From an uncultured Roseivirgaceae bacterium (GTDB lineage: Bacteria; Bacteroidota; Bacteroidia; Cytophagales; Cyclobacteriaceae), in NCBI GenBank assembly GCA_964444895.1, contig CAYUJK010000001.1:767-64766 (forward strand): a stretch of 64,000 nt of DNA, written 5' to 3'. The translations under genes and the position numbers were made by a program. Below are positions 47,141 through 57,289 of this stretch, piece after piece. The notes under the pieces were generated by a model. That model was not told the DNA's origin. It did no database searches and saw only the letters and a list, made by a program, of their open reading frames with translations. Positions within the stretch are counted from its first letter, which is position 1, and the number at the start of each line of letters is the position of its first letter.

Positions 47141-50100
47141 TCACTGCCTAAGATACTTTTTATAAATCTTCACCTTCGCTATGTCATAAGCCCTTGACCG
47201 GTAGTAATCCAAAGAAGCTTGTAATTCCAGCGCATTCATTTCATTGAGGGAATCATATTTCTTGTTGATGATCTCCCTGAGTTCAGTCCCCGCTGTTTCC
47301 AGAAACTCCCTGTGGTATTCTTCTTTGAGTTTCTTTTTGTCAATGAAGCGCGGCACAGAGAAGGGCTTCATAATTACATCTGGATACTTATGAACAAGCT
47401 GCCATTCTTTGAGGCCTTCCCTGTAATCTATATTATCTTTCACCCGTTGTAGCACTACTTCCGGTACCATAGGTACGTCAAACCTCCTGACTATCGGGTA
47501 ACCGAATACGTCCACGTCATGATCGCTCAGAACAGATTCTATTAGTGGTGTTCCTTTGGCCATCCGCTCCAGTGTGGTTTTGGCGTATTTTTCCGGGATG
47601 TCCAGGTACGATTTTCCATAGTTGTAGAGCTGCTGGTATTGGTTGGGTGCGAGTATTGTTTTGATGGGACGTAGCGCTATTGCTTCCAGTTTGTCCCCCG
47701 ACTTGGTGTAGTCGTTGTTGTAGGGCAATACAGCATCCTTTACGTCCCTCATGCCTTGTTTGTATGATTGAGACATTAAAAACTCTAATGTTCCATTCAT
47801 CATCAGCGCTGCATAGAATTTCAGGGTGTGGTCGGGTATCTCGTATTCCCTTCCTTTAACCTTCTTCTGGAAGTCGCGTAGCCGTATTTCATCCGAAATC
47901 ATCGCTGCCGGGGCCAGCATCGCCCCTATCGGGTTGTCTTTGAATGAATAGAATCCAGACCACTTGTCTTTCCCTAAGCGGAACTGGATGCTCCACTCCT
48001 TCCAGTCGGGTGCCTGGCTGTAATTGTCTTTGTATTTACGCGCCCCCGCACCATGTAGGCGTATTGGCGCGTCCTCATCGAGGATCAGCCCCTCTTCGTC
48101 ATCCAAATCAAAAAGCATCATCATTGTCGTCGTGCCAACAAGCGTTCCTGCGGTAGCCATAATGAGGTGCTTCCTGCGCTCTTCCGGTGTCATTTTGTAG
48201 ATGCCTTCCCTGTATTCCAGCGTCCCTCGTAAAGCCCTGATAAAACCAAAGGGGCTGTAATTGATGTTCATGTTCAGAAAGTTTGCCGGAACCCTCATAA
48301 TCAAAAATACCGACCGCCCAAGTAATTTAGCTAAAGCGGTCATTTTGCTGTCTGTCATTTGGCTTTGGAGCCTGCTTTCCCCTAATGTATTTTGCAGCCA
48401 CCGGTAAAACACCCCCGCCCTTCCATAAGGGTCGGACATCAACACACCCTCTGTGGAGCGCTGGTAGATTCTGTTGACCACATTTTGTTCCATGAGGTTT
48501 TCCCTCAACTCTTCCACCCTTCTGTCCAGGTACCCGTATGGAATCTTCTCACCTATGCTTCTCAGGTGTTCCAAGTCCCGCTTGGCTTGCTCTTTAAGCC
48601 GGATGTCGGTTTCTTCGGAATAGATGCGATAAGCCTCTTTTGCTCCCGACCCCATGTCTTTGTTGTAGTTGATCATAAACCCGTGAAACCGCTTGTTTCC
48701 CGCCTTCAGTATGGCGTCCCATGCGGCAAGCGCTCGTAGTCCGTATCCGGGGGCGGTATAAAAGAATTTTGCAGCTACGCCGGGCCAATCCTTTTTCTCT
48801 ATTAATTTGGCGAGTGGGGTATTCATCTTTTCCGCCACGTACGAGTCTCCAGAAGGCTTAAACTCCTTAAAGTCGTCGGCCTTAAACCCTGTGAGCATAG
48901 TATCGGCTGCTGTTTTCACGCCGTTTGGTAGCCCCTTCATGTATTGGCCCCACGCCTTCATGGCCGCTTGTGGGGTGGCTGCGGTTGTTACAAGCATAGA
49001 GGCGATGTTGGTCATCAAAGAACCTTTTGTTGAACGGGCAAACGTCGTTCCTCCCGATAATGCCCCGTGGTACAGTAGGTCCAAATAAACCGATGATATG
49101 GTGTGCTTATCTACTCCTAAACTTTTCAAGTCATTCCAGAACTCATTGGCTACCCTGTTGTATATCTCCTGGTAGTCGGCGAGCCTCTCCATCCGGTCGG
49201 CGTAGTGCATCATAAGCCGCCTGGCTTCCGGTGTCAGCCGCTTAAATCCATAGAAGTCGGCAAACAAATCAGCAAACAGGTCATCGGTAAGAGCACCCCG
49301 GTTGATGTCTGTGATGATTTGGTCGAAAATTTCTTTCTTCTTTCTTTTTTGGCGTTCCACGGGGAGCTTCTCGCTGCCCAACCTTTCAGAGAGCAGTTTC
49401 ATCTGCCTTTCCCCCGCGATGGATTTCAGCGTGTTAATTACGTCGGCTTCCAGACTTTTGGCGGTTTTGGCATCCAGCCCCATCTCATTGATAAAACGGT
49501 CAGACAGCCTTTTCCCTACGTTCTCTATTTGTGAAAAGTGGGAGTCAACGATTTCATTGAGCTTCACCCCCATTTCTTTGATGCCTTGTTTTATAGACGA
49601 TATAAGTTCTTTTCGGAAAAAAGGCATGTCAAAAATATCTTGTATATCAGAAGTGTCTATACCCTCGTTATCCAGTTCCCTTTTTAAATCTTTGAGTACG
49701 TCGCGATATTTATCAATATTAGACAAAACCTCATTAAGCACCTCTCCCTTCGGCTTCCCTTTTAGTTTTCTGTTTGTTTTGACCATCCTGTTTACAAGTC
49801 TTTCATAAAATTCTTGTATAGCTGGTTTTGGCTTTCCTTTCTTCCCGCCCGTAAGTAGCTTTTCTTTTATTTTCTTTACCGCGTCCTGGCGTTCGGCTAC
49901 CACTATAATGGGGGTAATCCTGGACTGCCTTTCGATCTCCTGAAGGCTTGGTATATCACCTAACATAACTTCCATGTATGCCCTGAACCCGTCTTCGTCC
50001 CACGGGCCTTTGTGGTTTTTCTTGATGGCGGTGATGGCGTTGTCTATGGCGTTGGCCACCGTCACCCCTGCGTCCAAAGAGGTGTTGATGGCATCAATAC

Positions 50101-53100
50101 CGGCATTCCACGCTTTTGCACCTATGACCTGGGATATGTCGTTAAGCTGGCCGTCTGTCTTTATTTTTAGGGCGTTGAGCTTTTTCTTTACCTCGGCAAC
50201 TTTTGCTTTCCGCTGTGCCGCTCTGGTTTTGAAGGCTTTCTCCGGGTCAGACATCTGTTGCTCCAGTTGCTTTACCTTTTCTTCCAGGCGTTTCTTCAGT
50301 TGGTCGATTTCCTCTTTATTGGCCTTAATTTCATTATGGAGCTTTTTGATCTTTTTCTCCGTATCACGGCCCATCTTTTCTGTTTTTTCCTGGGCGTGGT
50401 CACCTAATATGTCTTTCACCGTTTTGGCTACCTCTCCCCTTCCGGTATCCAGCCCCTTTGCCAGCCGGCCTCCTAAGCCTGCGATGTCTTTTTTGATGAT
50501 GGAGGACAACACACTCATCTTTTCATCATCAAAAGTGGTAGCATAGTGATCCATAAGATTTTCCACCATGCTTCCCTTCATAAGGGCGGGTATCGAGTCG
50601 AAATTACTGATCACCTCATCATACAGCCGATCAACATCGTTGTTCTTTTTGGCTTCCTGGACAAGCTCGCTGCTGATCTTTATTGCCTTTTTCAGGGATT
50701 GTTCTTCATAAGTAGGGTCTTGGTTAGCAAGCACGTCCCCTATTGTGGGGTCTTTCACCATTCTTTTGAAATACTTGGAAGTTTTGACTTCCCCGGTTTT
50801 CAACTGTTCTTCCAGGTCGTTTTTAGGCGTTGTGCGGGACTTTTGTGTTTTTGGTATAGTTGTGGTCGTCTCAGCGGGAGATGTTGCTGCCACGGCCTCC
50901 CCTGGCCTTACAAGGCTCCCTTCCTCATTGAACTCATAACCTTCGGGTCTGAAAAAGTTTTCGTTGGCAAACGCCACCTCTTCCGGGGTGAGCTTTTGTC
51001 CATATTCCATTTTTCCCTCTATAATGGCCTGTACCCTGTCCCCTTCGGGTAAGCTTTTTTCGAGTTCTGCCCTTCTTTCTTCGAATTCTTTATTCAGGAT
51101 GGCGGTTTCCTCTTTAGATTTTTCCTTTTCCTTGCGGGAAAGTTCCGGGAACTCTGAGATGGCCTCTTGCGCTATCGCATCCCTCTCTTTGGAAAGAGCC
51201 ATGTACGCGGGAAACACCTTGCTGTTTTTCTTTGGCATCCCATCCTTTCGGAATTGGTCGGGGTTTTCCTCCCTGATTTTATTGAGTTCTTTATTGACTT
51301 CGGCAAGTCTTGCTGTTGTGTCTATCGGAGAAACTGTACTCTGTTCACTGGTGGGGCCGGGGCTGATTCCAGTACTTTCGTACCTTGTTTTTCTATGGCT
51401 GAAATAAACTCCTTCCGTCCCATATTCGGTCTGTTGTTTGATTTCTGCGTCTGCGGTGAGAACGCTGTAGTAGAAGTCACTGACTTTTTCATTTATTTGT
51501 TCCTGTGTTAAGTTTTCTGTAAAAATCTGAGGGTCTACGCCATCGATGTGTATAATGCCGTTTGCCTGATCAATGTCAAAATTTGAGATGCCGTTGTTTT
51601 TAAGTATTGCCTCAATGTCTTTAACTTGGTTTTCTGTAAAATTGTTTCCAAAAGACTTGATGCTCACAAATGGAGTGGCTACGGTTCCATCATCAAACTT
51701 TTGATAATCGTCGATACCGCTGGCTTGCATATCTTCCGGGATAGGTTGCTGAATGACCACGGCCTTTTCACCGCGTTCCCTGGCGATATTGAGCAAACCG
51801 GCAACTTTATCCTCGTCTATCGTTTCGTTAAAATCCACTTTAGTTACTTCCTCTGTTGCGGTAACTTTTGTGGCCGTTATGCCAACGCCTTCTATTTTTT
51901 TGACGATTTCTTGTGAGCTTTTTTTGTCTTGTTCAGCGTCCCGAACACGTACTTGTTGTACCTCTTGCTGCCCTTGCTGAATCCCTTCTGCCGGGCTTTC
52001 CGGGCCAATTTGTTGTGTAGTTCTTTCGGCATCTGTTGGTATGTTGGTTCGAATGTTTTCGCGTGATGCGGGCTGTATTCTTCCCCCCCCCTGAAAAGCT
52101 CCTGACAACGCAGTTCCGCCTATTGCTCCTGCAACACCTTCTTCAAGCGTTTCCATCGGGTCAATGGACACGTCTCTGCCTAATCCTATTGCCGTACCGG
52201 CCTGTGACACCATGCTTTGCAGCGCCTCTGTGCTGCCCTCCGCCGCACCCCCCGTCAAGATTTTGAGTGCTTTGCCGCGGATGGAGTTCCTGACCATGCT
52301 TTTGGTCATTACTCCTGTTACTTTGCCGATACCCATGAGGTCCAACATCATATTGATGCTGCCTATGGCTTCGGCTGCTTTACGCGACTTCTCATCATGG
52401 CCACCTTCAATTACCTCCTGTGGAGTAATTCCCATCTCCTGGGCTATTTCATTCACCCCCTCTAAATAGGCGGCCCCATGCTCTTGCACCAGTGTCGAAG
52501 TTCCAAACGACGCTAACGAGGTTGGTATTTGCGCGACACTTTGCCCTATGGCGCTAAAAACATAGTTTAATGCATCGACGGGGTCTCGTATTTCAGCAAG
52601 GGTGTTTACGATATTTTCGTCGGCCATCTTATTCTGATAGTATTGGGACTTGGCCAGCCCCTTTACCATCTGCTCATGTGTTTTTTTGATTTTATTCCGG
52701 TAGTATTCCTTGTGAGCGCCCGCTGTTTTGTCTACCCCCGGAACCAACTCCGTTTTCCAGTCCACGGTTTTGCTGTCGTCTGGATATTTGTCTTCGAGAT
52801 TTTTTAGGCGCTTGCTGGCATCCTGGTATATCTTCGCGGTCTCCGCGGTCATGAAAGACTGATAGCCTCCGGGTATTTGGTGGGCCAGCGTGTTGTACAT
52901 GGTTTCCGTAAAAGCCACAACGGGGTCTCTTTCACGGCCTATGGCCTGAATGTCTTTATCAAAGGCTTTCCCGTATTTCTCTTCAAATAAACCGCCCAGC
53001 TTGCCTGAATACTCTTCCTGGAGGCGTTTGCTTATTCCCTGAAGCTCTTTCTGGGCCATCTGCCCGTACCTGTCCATCAGACTGCCCCGCTGAGACACCG

Positions 53101-53734
53101 TTTCCGCGTCAAGTATTCCCTGGGCTTTTTTCTCATCAAGGGTGCCTGAATCGACCTGCTTTTGGAGTTCATCTAACCGTGTTTGGTGCCACTTGCTAAA
53201 ATCCGTCTCTGTTTTTTGCTGGTATCGGCCAAGTATCTCGTTCTGAAACGTAGCAAGCTCTCTGTCGTACTCGGACTTTATTCCCTGCGCGTCCTGATCC
53301 TGCTCGAACATCTGGTTATACTGCTGCTCTACGCGTTGTTTTGGATCCGGTGTTCGTTCCCTGTATTGCTGTCTTTGCTGTAATTCCGCTATGGTCTTGG
53401 GGTCGAGCCCTAACTGTTGGTGTCGTTGTTGTTGAATCTGTTCGGGGGATGGCAGCACGCCGGGCTGTTGTGGTTGTTCTTCCGGGCCTCTTAATTGACG
53501 AAGCAGTTCTTCAGGTATTTCCACCCGCTCAGGGCCAGGCTGGGCTTTTGAGCCATCTGACGAAGGTGGTCCAGTAACTTCTTTTTTTTTTAAATCGACC
53601 TTGTCCCTGTATTCTGGATATTTATCGATGATTTTAGTTGCCAACTCTACATCGTCCATATCCTTATACTCAGGATATTTGGCTTTTATCCTCTTGGAGA
53701 ATTCTTGTGTCGATAGCTTGGTTCCGTCTGGCAT
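47141..53734 (-). CDS. giant (2197 aa) virion-associated protein, tape-measure-like or ejection/internal protein
   Basis: Uninterrupted ORF with long K/E/Q-rich helical regions and several hydrophobic segments in the C-terminal third (e.g. VFLIMRVPANFL, IMATAGTLVGTTTMMMLF). No catalytic motif recognised. Confidence 0.5.
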   Translation of the reverse strand: MPDGTKLSTQEFSKRIKAKYPEYKDMDDVELATKIIDKYPEYRDKVDLKKKEVTGPPSSDGSKAQPGPERVEIPEELLRQLRGPEEQPQQPGVLPSPEQIQQQRHQQLGLDPKTIAELQQRQQYRERTPDPKQRVEQQYNQMFEQDQDAQGIKSEYDRELATFQNEILGRYQQKTETDFSKWHQTRLDELQKQVDSGTLDEKKAQGILDAETVSQRGSLMDRYGQMAQKELQGISKRLQEEYSGKLGGLFEEKYGKAFDKDIQAIGRERDPVVAFTETMYNTLAHQIPGGYQSFMTAETAKIYQDASKRLKNLEDKYPDDSKTVDWKTELVPGVDKTAGAHKEYYRNKIKKTHEQMVKGLAKSQYYQNKMADENIVNTLAEIRDPVDALNYVFSAIGQSVAQIPTSLASFGTSTLVQEHGAAYLEGVNEIAQEMGITPQEVIEGGHDEKSRKAAEAIGSINMMLDLMGIGKVTGVMTKSMVRNSIRGKALKILTGGAAEGSTEALQSMVSQAGTAIGLGRDVSIDPMETLEEGVAGAIGGTALSGAFQGGGRIQPASRENIRTNIPTDAERTTQQIGPESPAEGIQQGQQEVQQVRVRDAEQDKKSSQEIVKKIEGVGITATKVTATEEVTKVDFNETIDEDKVAGLLNIARERGEKAVVIQQPIPEDMQASGIDDYQKFDDGTVATPFVSIKSFGNNFTENQVKDIEAILKNNGISNFDIDQANGIIHIDGVDPQIFTENLTQEQINEKVSDFYYSVLTADAEIKQQTEYGTEGVYFSHRKTRYESTGISPGPTSEQSTVSPIDTTARLAEVNKELNKIREENPDQFRKDGMPKKNSKVFPAYMALSKERDAIAQEAISEFPELSRKEKEKSKEETAILNKEFEERRAELEKSLPEGDRVQAIIEGKMEYGQKLTPEEVAFANENFFRPEGYEFNEEGSLVRPGEAVAATSPAETTTTIPKTQKSRTTPKNDLEEQLKTGEVKTSKYFKRMVKDPTIGDVLANQDPTYEEQSLKKAIKISSELVQEAKKNNDVDRLYDEVISNFDSIPALMKGSMVENLMDHYATTFDDEKMSVLSSIIKKDIAGLGGRLAKGLDTGRGEVAKTVKDILGDHAQEKTEKMGRDTEKKIKKLHNEIKANKEEIDQLKKRLEEKVKQLEQQMSDPEKAFKTRAAQRKAKVAEVKKKLNALKIKTDGQLNDISQVIGAKAWNAGIDAINTSLDAGVTVANAIDNAITAIKKNHKGPWDEDGFRAYMEVMLGDIPSLQEIERQSRITPIIVVAERQDAVKKIKEKLLTGGKKGKPKPAIQEFYERLVNRMVKTNRKLKGKPKGEVLNEVLSNIDKYRDVLKDLKRELDNEGIDTSDIQDIFDMPFFRKELISSIKQGIKEMGVKLNEIVDSHFSQIENVGKRLSDRFINEMGLDAKTAKSLEADVINTLKSIAGERQMKLLSERLGSEKLPVERQKRKKKEIFDQIITDINRGALTDDLFADLFADFYGFKRLTPEARRLMMHYADRMERLADYQEIYNRVANEFWNDLKSLGVDKHTISSVYLDLLYHGALSGGTTFARSTKGSLMTNIASMLVTTAATPQAAMKAWGQYMKGLPNGVKTAADTMLTGFKADDFKEFKPSGDSYVAEKMNTPLAKLIEKKDWPGVAAKFFYTAPGYGLRALAAWDAILKAGNKRFHGFMINYNKDMGSGAKEAYRIYSEETDIRLKEQAKRDLEHLRSIGEKIPYGYLDRRVEELRENLMEQNVVNRIYQRSTEGVLMSDPYGRAGVFYRWLQNTLGESRLQSQMTDSKMTALAKLLGRSVFLIMRVPANFLNMNINYSPFGFIRALRGTLEYREGIYKMTPEERRKHLIMATAGTLVGTTTMMMLFDLDDEEGLILDEDAPIRLHGAGARKYKDNYSQAPDWKEWSIQFRLGKDKWSGFYSFKDNPIGAMLAPAAMISDEIRLRDFQKKVKGREYEIPDHTLKFYAALMMNGTLEFLMSQSYKQGMRDVKDAVLPYNNDYTKSGDKLEAIALRPIKTILAPNQYQQLYNYGKSYLDIPEKYAKTTLERMAKGTPLIESVLSDHDVDVFGYPIVRRFDVPMVPEVVLQRVKDNIDYREGLKEWQLVHKYPDVIMKPFSVPRFIDKKKLKEEYHREFLETAGTELREIINKKYDSLNEMNALELQASLDYYRSRAYDIAKVKIYKKYLRQ

Positions 53735-53736
53735 GG

Positions 53737-55092
53737 CTATAATATACCTAATCTGTCATTAGGGTTTGCTTGTTCCTGCTGTTGCCCACCACGTCTCCGT
53801 TGAGTGGCGGTCTTCCGGTATTCGTCGTTGTATTTTCTGAGTTTCTCCCACGGTATTTTTTGTCCGCTTTCTTCACTCAAGGCCTGGTTGAATATCGCCA
53901 TTATAGCGTCTCCGTCCTCAGCGTTGTGTATGTCGAAGTTTCTGGTGACTTCCTCTGTGTCTTTCTTGCCTGCCACCGTGGTCTCTTTGGTGAATGTGAT
54001 GTTGAATGACTGGAAGTTTTGTGACGGCTCTATATCGGAGATAACGCCATAACTCGTTTTCCTGCCCACCATTCTGGAAAGTTCCGTGGAATCCCCTTCT
54101 ACGGCTCGCACGATGGAGTTGAATCTTTCCGATGCGTTTTGCTGTCTTTCGGTGGCTTCGGTGTTACCCGTTGGCTGGTTCTCTACGTTCCTTTTCGTGA
54201 TGTCGTATTGCGCATAGCTTGCCAAGATGGGCTTGATCGCCGCCTGCTCAGCTTCCCCGATAGTTCCTTCGAACCCCTGGTCATACATTTCCTGCACTAT
54301 TGCCCTGATAAACGGCTCACCGCCTTCTATACTTTTGAAAACATCAACCACTTCAGGGGTGCTCTGTATAGCCGGGAGCCCGTTCTCGTCATAGCGCTGC
54401 ATTCCTGTCTCAGGGTCAACGTCCAGAAACCGATATTTGATGCCTATTTCCTCCCTGGTATCCCGGCCATGCTTGACGACGTTTAATTCGGTGCTTTTTA
54501 CCTGGTCAATAAATGACTTGATCACTTTTTCCTTATTGTAAACGGTGTGGTCTTGCTTCAAGTCTTCTATCATCTGGTAAACATCTACCTCATTGGGGTC
54601 CACCATGCCGCCTTTTTCATCAACAAATTTTTTGGACAGCGCGTTTGCGAAGGCGGTTTTGTCAATTGATGAGTCTTTATCAAAACTGGTGAGAGCGGTG
54701 TTCACCTGTTGTTCCACGGCATCTATGGCTGTTTTTTTTCTTTGCAGGTCACTCCATGTGTTGGCTATTTTGGCTTTTTCTTCGGCTGGAATGTTGGCGC
54801 CATACTTATTAAGCGCCGATATATGTTGTTGTTGGGCCTTAAAACTCATGTCGGAGATGGCCTTCCTGTATGGCTGGTAATTGACGGATATGTGTTTGTC
54901 CATCGCATCTTTGAATTGCCGGGACAATTCTTCCTGTTGCTTTGCTGCCGCGGCCCTTTCTTGTTCTTCTTTTTGTCCTTTAAGTTGTGCCAGCACGGTT
55001 AGTTGCTGGAACTTTTGCATCTGGGTTCCGGTGGGGATTATGGTGGCGAGCCCCGTATTGCCTGGTCCGTAATATGTTGATAAAGCGTCCAA
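53737..55092 (-). CDS. hypothetical protein upstream of the giant ORF
   Basis: ATG ORF, 451 aa, 2-nt gap to the giant gene. Confidence 0.6.
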   Translation of the reverse strand: MDALSTYYGPGNTGLATIIPTGTQMQKFQQLTVLAQLKGQKEEQERAAAAKQQEELSRQFKDAMDKHISVNYQPYRKAISDMSFKAQQQHISALNKYGANIPAEEKAKIANTWSDLQRKKTAIDAVEQQVNTALTSFDKDSSIDKTAFANALSKKFVDEKGGMVDPNEVDVYQMIEDLKQDHTVYNKEKVIKSFIDQVKSTELNVVKHGRDTREEIGIKYRFLDVDPETGMQRYDENGLPAIQSTPEVVDVFKSIEGGEPFIRAIVQEMYDQGFEGTIGEAEQAAIKPILASYAQYDITKRNVENQPTGNTEATERQQNASERFNSIVRAVEGDSTELSRMVGRKTSYGVISDIEPSQNFQSFNITFTKETTVAGKKDTEEVTRNFDIHNAEDGDAIMAIFNQALSEESGQKIPWEKLRKYNDEYRKTATQRRRGGQQQEQANPNDRLGIL

Positions 55093-55127
55093 TAGGGAAA
55101 ATTTTAATCAAATATGTGAAAATATTT

Positions 55128-56162
55128 TCAATTAATCGTAGCCATCAAATCTTCCTTGTGTACGAGCATCTTGTTTTCACCCTCAAAATAGATGTTTTCC
55201 TTGCTTTTGTTGTTGAAGAAAACCTTCTCTCCGGCAAGAAATCCTTTCTCTACAACGCCGGTGTTGAGTAATAGTTCCTTATTGAATTGAATAAGGCCCC
55301 TGCTCCCGACCTTGTCAGGAACCAGCAGGACATACGGGTCTATCGGCTCCAATGGGTCGAATTTAGCGACGATGTCCCACTCCCGTAGGATGTATTTCTT
55401 TTGACCCTCGATAAGCTTCTCGTTCTCTTTGTTGAATTTCTCGTCGGTGCTGGCCCTGTAAATGATTTTTTCGCCATTATATCGGCCCTTCCGGTATTCC
55501 GGGGCATCTTTAACGGAAGCGACCAGTCCCGATGGAGTCAGTTTTGCGCGTGTTTTGAATTTTCCCGCGTCGATCTCTTCATAGGCCTCGTCAAAATACG
55601 GGTCAATAAAGATGTGTCCATTCAGCATTCCTATGTTTCCGTCCCTGACAAAGCAGTAGAGCTGTTCATAGCGTATTTTATAGATTTTCCCGCCATCGGA
55701 ACGTCCCATCCAGTTGTAGTCATTGATTGACATGAAATGGAAGTACACCCTGTCGCCCTTTTTGATCTTGATTTCTTTTTCATAGATGTACTCATACTCC
55801 CCGCCACCGCAGTTGTATTCTTCCCGGATGTATTTCTGTTGCTCTGCGGTAATTTTTCTGCCAACTTCTCCTACGATGGATTTTTCCATGCGCTTAAGGA
55901 TGTCGTGACCGGTGAATATTTGTGGGCGTGGTGATCCGAGATATTTTTGGCGTATGGGTATGGTGTTTAGTTTGGCGGGAACGCCCACTACTGTGCCGTA
56001 TATGCGGTTGTTCTGATAAGTGTCCACGTGCCCCTTTCTATTGTACAGGTGGATTATTTTGTCCCCGGCCTTGTGTGTTTCGTCTTTTTCGCTGTCCACC
56101 TCAACGAGCACGTAATTGTCGTTTGATTTCAATCTTGTAACATTTTTTTTGCCAAGATACAA
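55128..56162 (-). CDS. hypothetical protein (start codon uncertain)
   Basis: The track start at 56162 is TTG and lies inside the T-tract of the upstream terminator. The next candidate is TTG at 56132. No in-frame ATG occurs until far downstream. Confidence 0.55.
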   Translation of the reverse strand: MYLGKKNVTRLKSNDNYVLVEVDSEKDETHKAGDKIIHLYNRKGHVDTYQNNRIYGTVVGVPAKLNTIPIRQKYLGSPRPQIFTGHDILKRMEKSIVGEVGRKITAEQQKYIREEYNCGGGEYEYIYEKEIKIKKGDRVYFHFMSINDYNWMGRSDGGKIYKIRYEQLYCFVRDGNIGMLNGHIFIDPYFDEAYEEIDAGKFKTRAKLTPSGLVASVKDAPEYRKGRYNGEKIIYRASTDEKFNKENEKLIEGQKKYILREWDIVAKFDPLEPIDPYVLLVPDKVGSRGLIQFNKELLLNTGVVEKGFLAGEKVFFNNKSKENIYFEGENKMLVHKEDLMATIN

Positions 56163-56192
56163 AAAACCCTCTCATATTTCTACAAGAGGGTT
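56161..56192 (-). terminator. rho-independent terminator
   Basis: AACCCTCT (56165-56172) pairs with AGAGGGTT (56185-56192). 12-nt loop, T-run on the minus strand. Confidence 0.7.
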
Positions 56193-56410
56193 TCGATGTT
56201 CAATTCAAGATTAAGGACAAATAATGCCGGGAGGCATTAGGTGTGTATGAATAAAGACGTGCAAATGTAGTAAAGGTTTCAGGAATTATTGCAAATTATT
56301 TTTTCTTGTTTCGCTACCCCTTGTGTTTTCGCCTGCGATCAATAACTGTCGCTATCAGTAGTTCTCCTTCGTCGAACAACAGATAGCTTTGAGTTGTAGG
56401 CAATTGCAGC

Positions 56411-56659
56411 CTATATGCCATCTATAACATCACAGACACAACCGTAACAATTACACCTTTTACATCTATTGACTTCTTCGTCAGGCTGCAACTGTTCGCT
56501 TTGCCCTACAACAGCAGGTATAGCCAATAATTTTGATTCAAGCCACAGCACATAATCAATGTCTGGTTCTCCTTGCGAGTTTTCCCAGTTATCACCAGTT
56601 TCAGTTTTGAACTTTTCACGTAGTTCCACACGTTCTTTTATGTTTTCAAACCCATTCAT
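56411..56659 (-). CDS. small acidic protein with C-terminal Cys cluster
   Basis: ATG ORF, 82 aa, with CKRCNCYGCVC near the C-terminus. Confidence 0.55.
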   Translation of the reverse strand: MNGFENIKERVELREKFKTETGDNWENSQGEPDIDYVLWLESKLLAIPAVVGQSEQLQPDEEVNRCKRCNCYGCVCDVIDGI

Positions 56660-56710
56660 AAGTTATCTTTTTTTCAGCCATCAAAATTACATTGCTATAC
56701 CTGCGTGACG

Positions 56711-56890
56711 TTATTGACCACTCCCCAATAACCCCACCACCAGCTTGTAAATCATATAGCCCCACAGCCCGGTAATAACCAATACTGCCGACCATGCCCA
56801 TATCTTGAGCATCTGATAGTTGGTCTCTACTTGTTTTTTGCTGCGCCCCTGGTAGTCCATAGGGTCGAAGTCGTCAAAATCTTCATTCAT
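56711..56890 (-). CDS. 59-aa single-TM protein, not in the supplied track
   Basis: Own translation: MNEDFDDFDPMDYQGRSKKQVETNYQMLKIWAWSAVLVITGLWGYMIYKLVVGLLGSGQ. Confidence 0.45.
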   Translation of the reverse strand: MNEDFDDFDPMDYQGRSKKQVETNYQMLKIWAWSAVLVITGLWGYMIYKLVVGLLGSGQ

Positions 56891-56941
56891 AGTCTTTCAG
56901 TAATTCGTAAAAACTGATTTTATATTTGTCTCTTGTCACAT

Positions 56942-57289
56942 CTAATTATGTGTGCGGGTGTATTCATCCTCCACACATCTTAATAAATGTTCCAAAGAAT
57001 GTCCCATATCATATCCTGATCCGGCCAAACTCTTTTTCTGCATTAAATATGTTTTTGTGTAACAGCTCTTTAATTCCTCCAGAGTGGAATTATCCCAACA
57101 ATAGTCGCAAGTAGCAAACGTACCCTTGTTGTTGTTGTGTTTTACCGCTTTAGATTCACACCAATTCCACGGTAGTCCACATTTTTCACAACTACTGTAG
57201 TTTGGGTTAAAAAATCGCAAAACAGGAGGCACTATAATGCGTAATATAGGCTTACTCCTCATTATGCTTATAAATTCTTTTCGCGTCAT
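56942..57289 (-). CDS. Cys-rich zinc-finger-like protein
   Basis: ATG at 57289 overlaps the TGA of the HTH gene (ATGA). Contains CEKCGLPWNWC ... CDYCW. Confidence 0.55.
   Translation of the reverse strand: MTRKEFISIMRSKPILRIIVPPVLRFFNPNYSSCEKCGLPWNWCESKAVKHNNNKGTFATCDYCWDNSTLEELKSCYTKTYLMQKKSLAGSGYDMGHSLEHLLRCVEDEYTRTHN

Noticed and set aside
49974-51407. Plus-strand ORFs of 147-190 aa inside the giant gene. Similar antisense ORFs occur at 24142..24798, 32105..33469, 36078..36605, 39683..40150 and 22963..23488.
   Set aside because: These are shadow ORFs on the opposite strand of long, clearly coding genes. They have Ser/Leu/Phe-rich low-complexity translations and no independent start-site context.
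47141-53734. Giant ORF as a crAss-like or N4-like virion RNA polymerase
   Set aside because: Its size is similar to the giant virion RNAP of a crAss-like Cellulophaga phage. However, I found no DxDGD-type metal-binding motif or any other polymerase signature when reading the sequence. Only profile or structure search could revive the idea.
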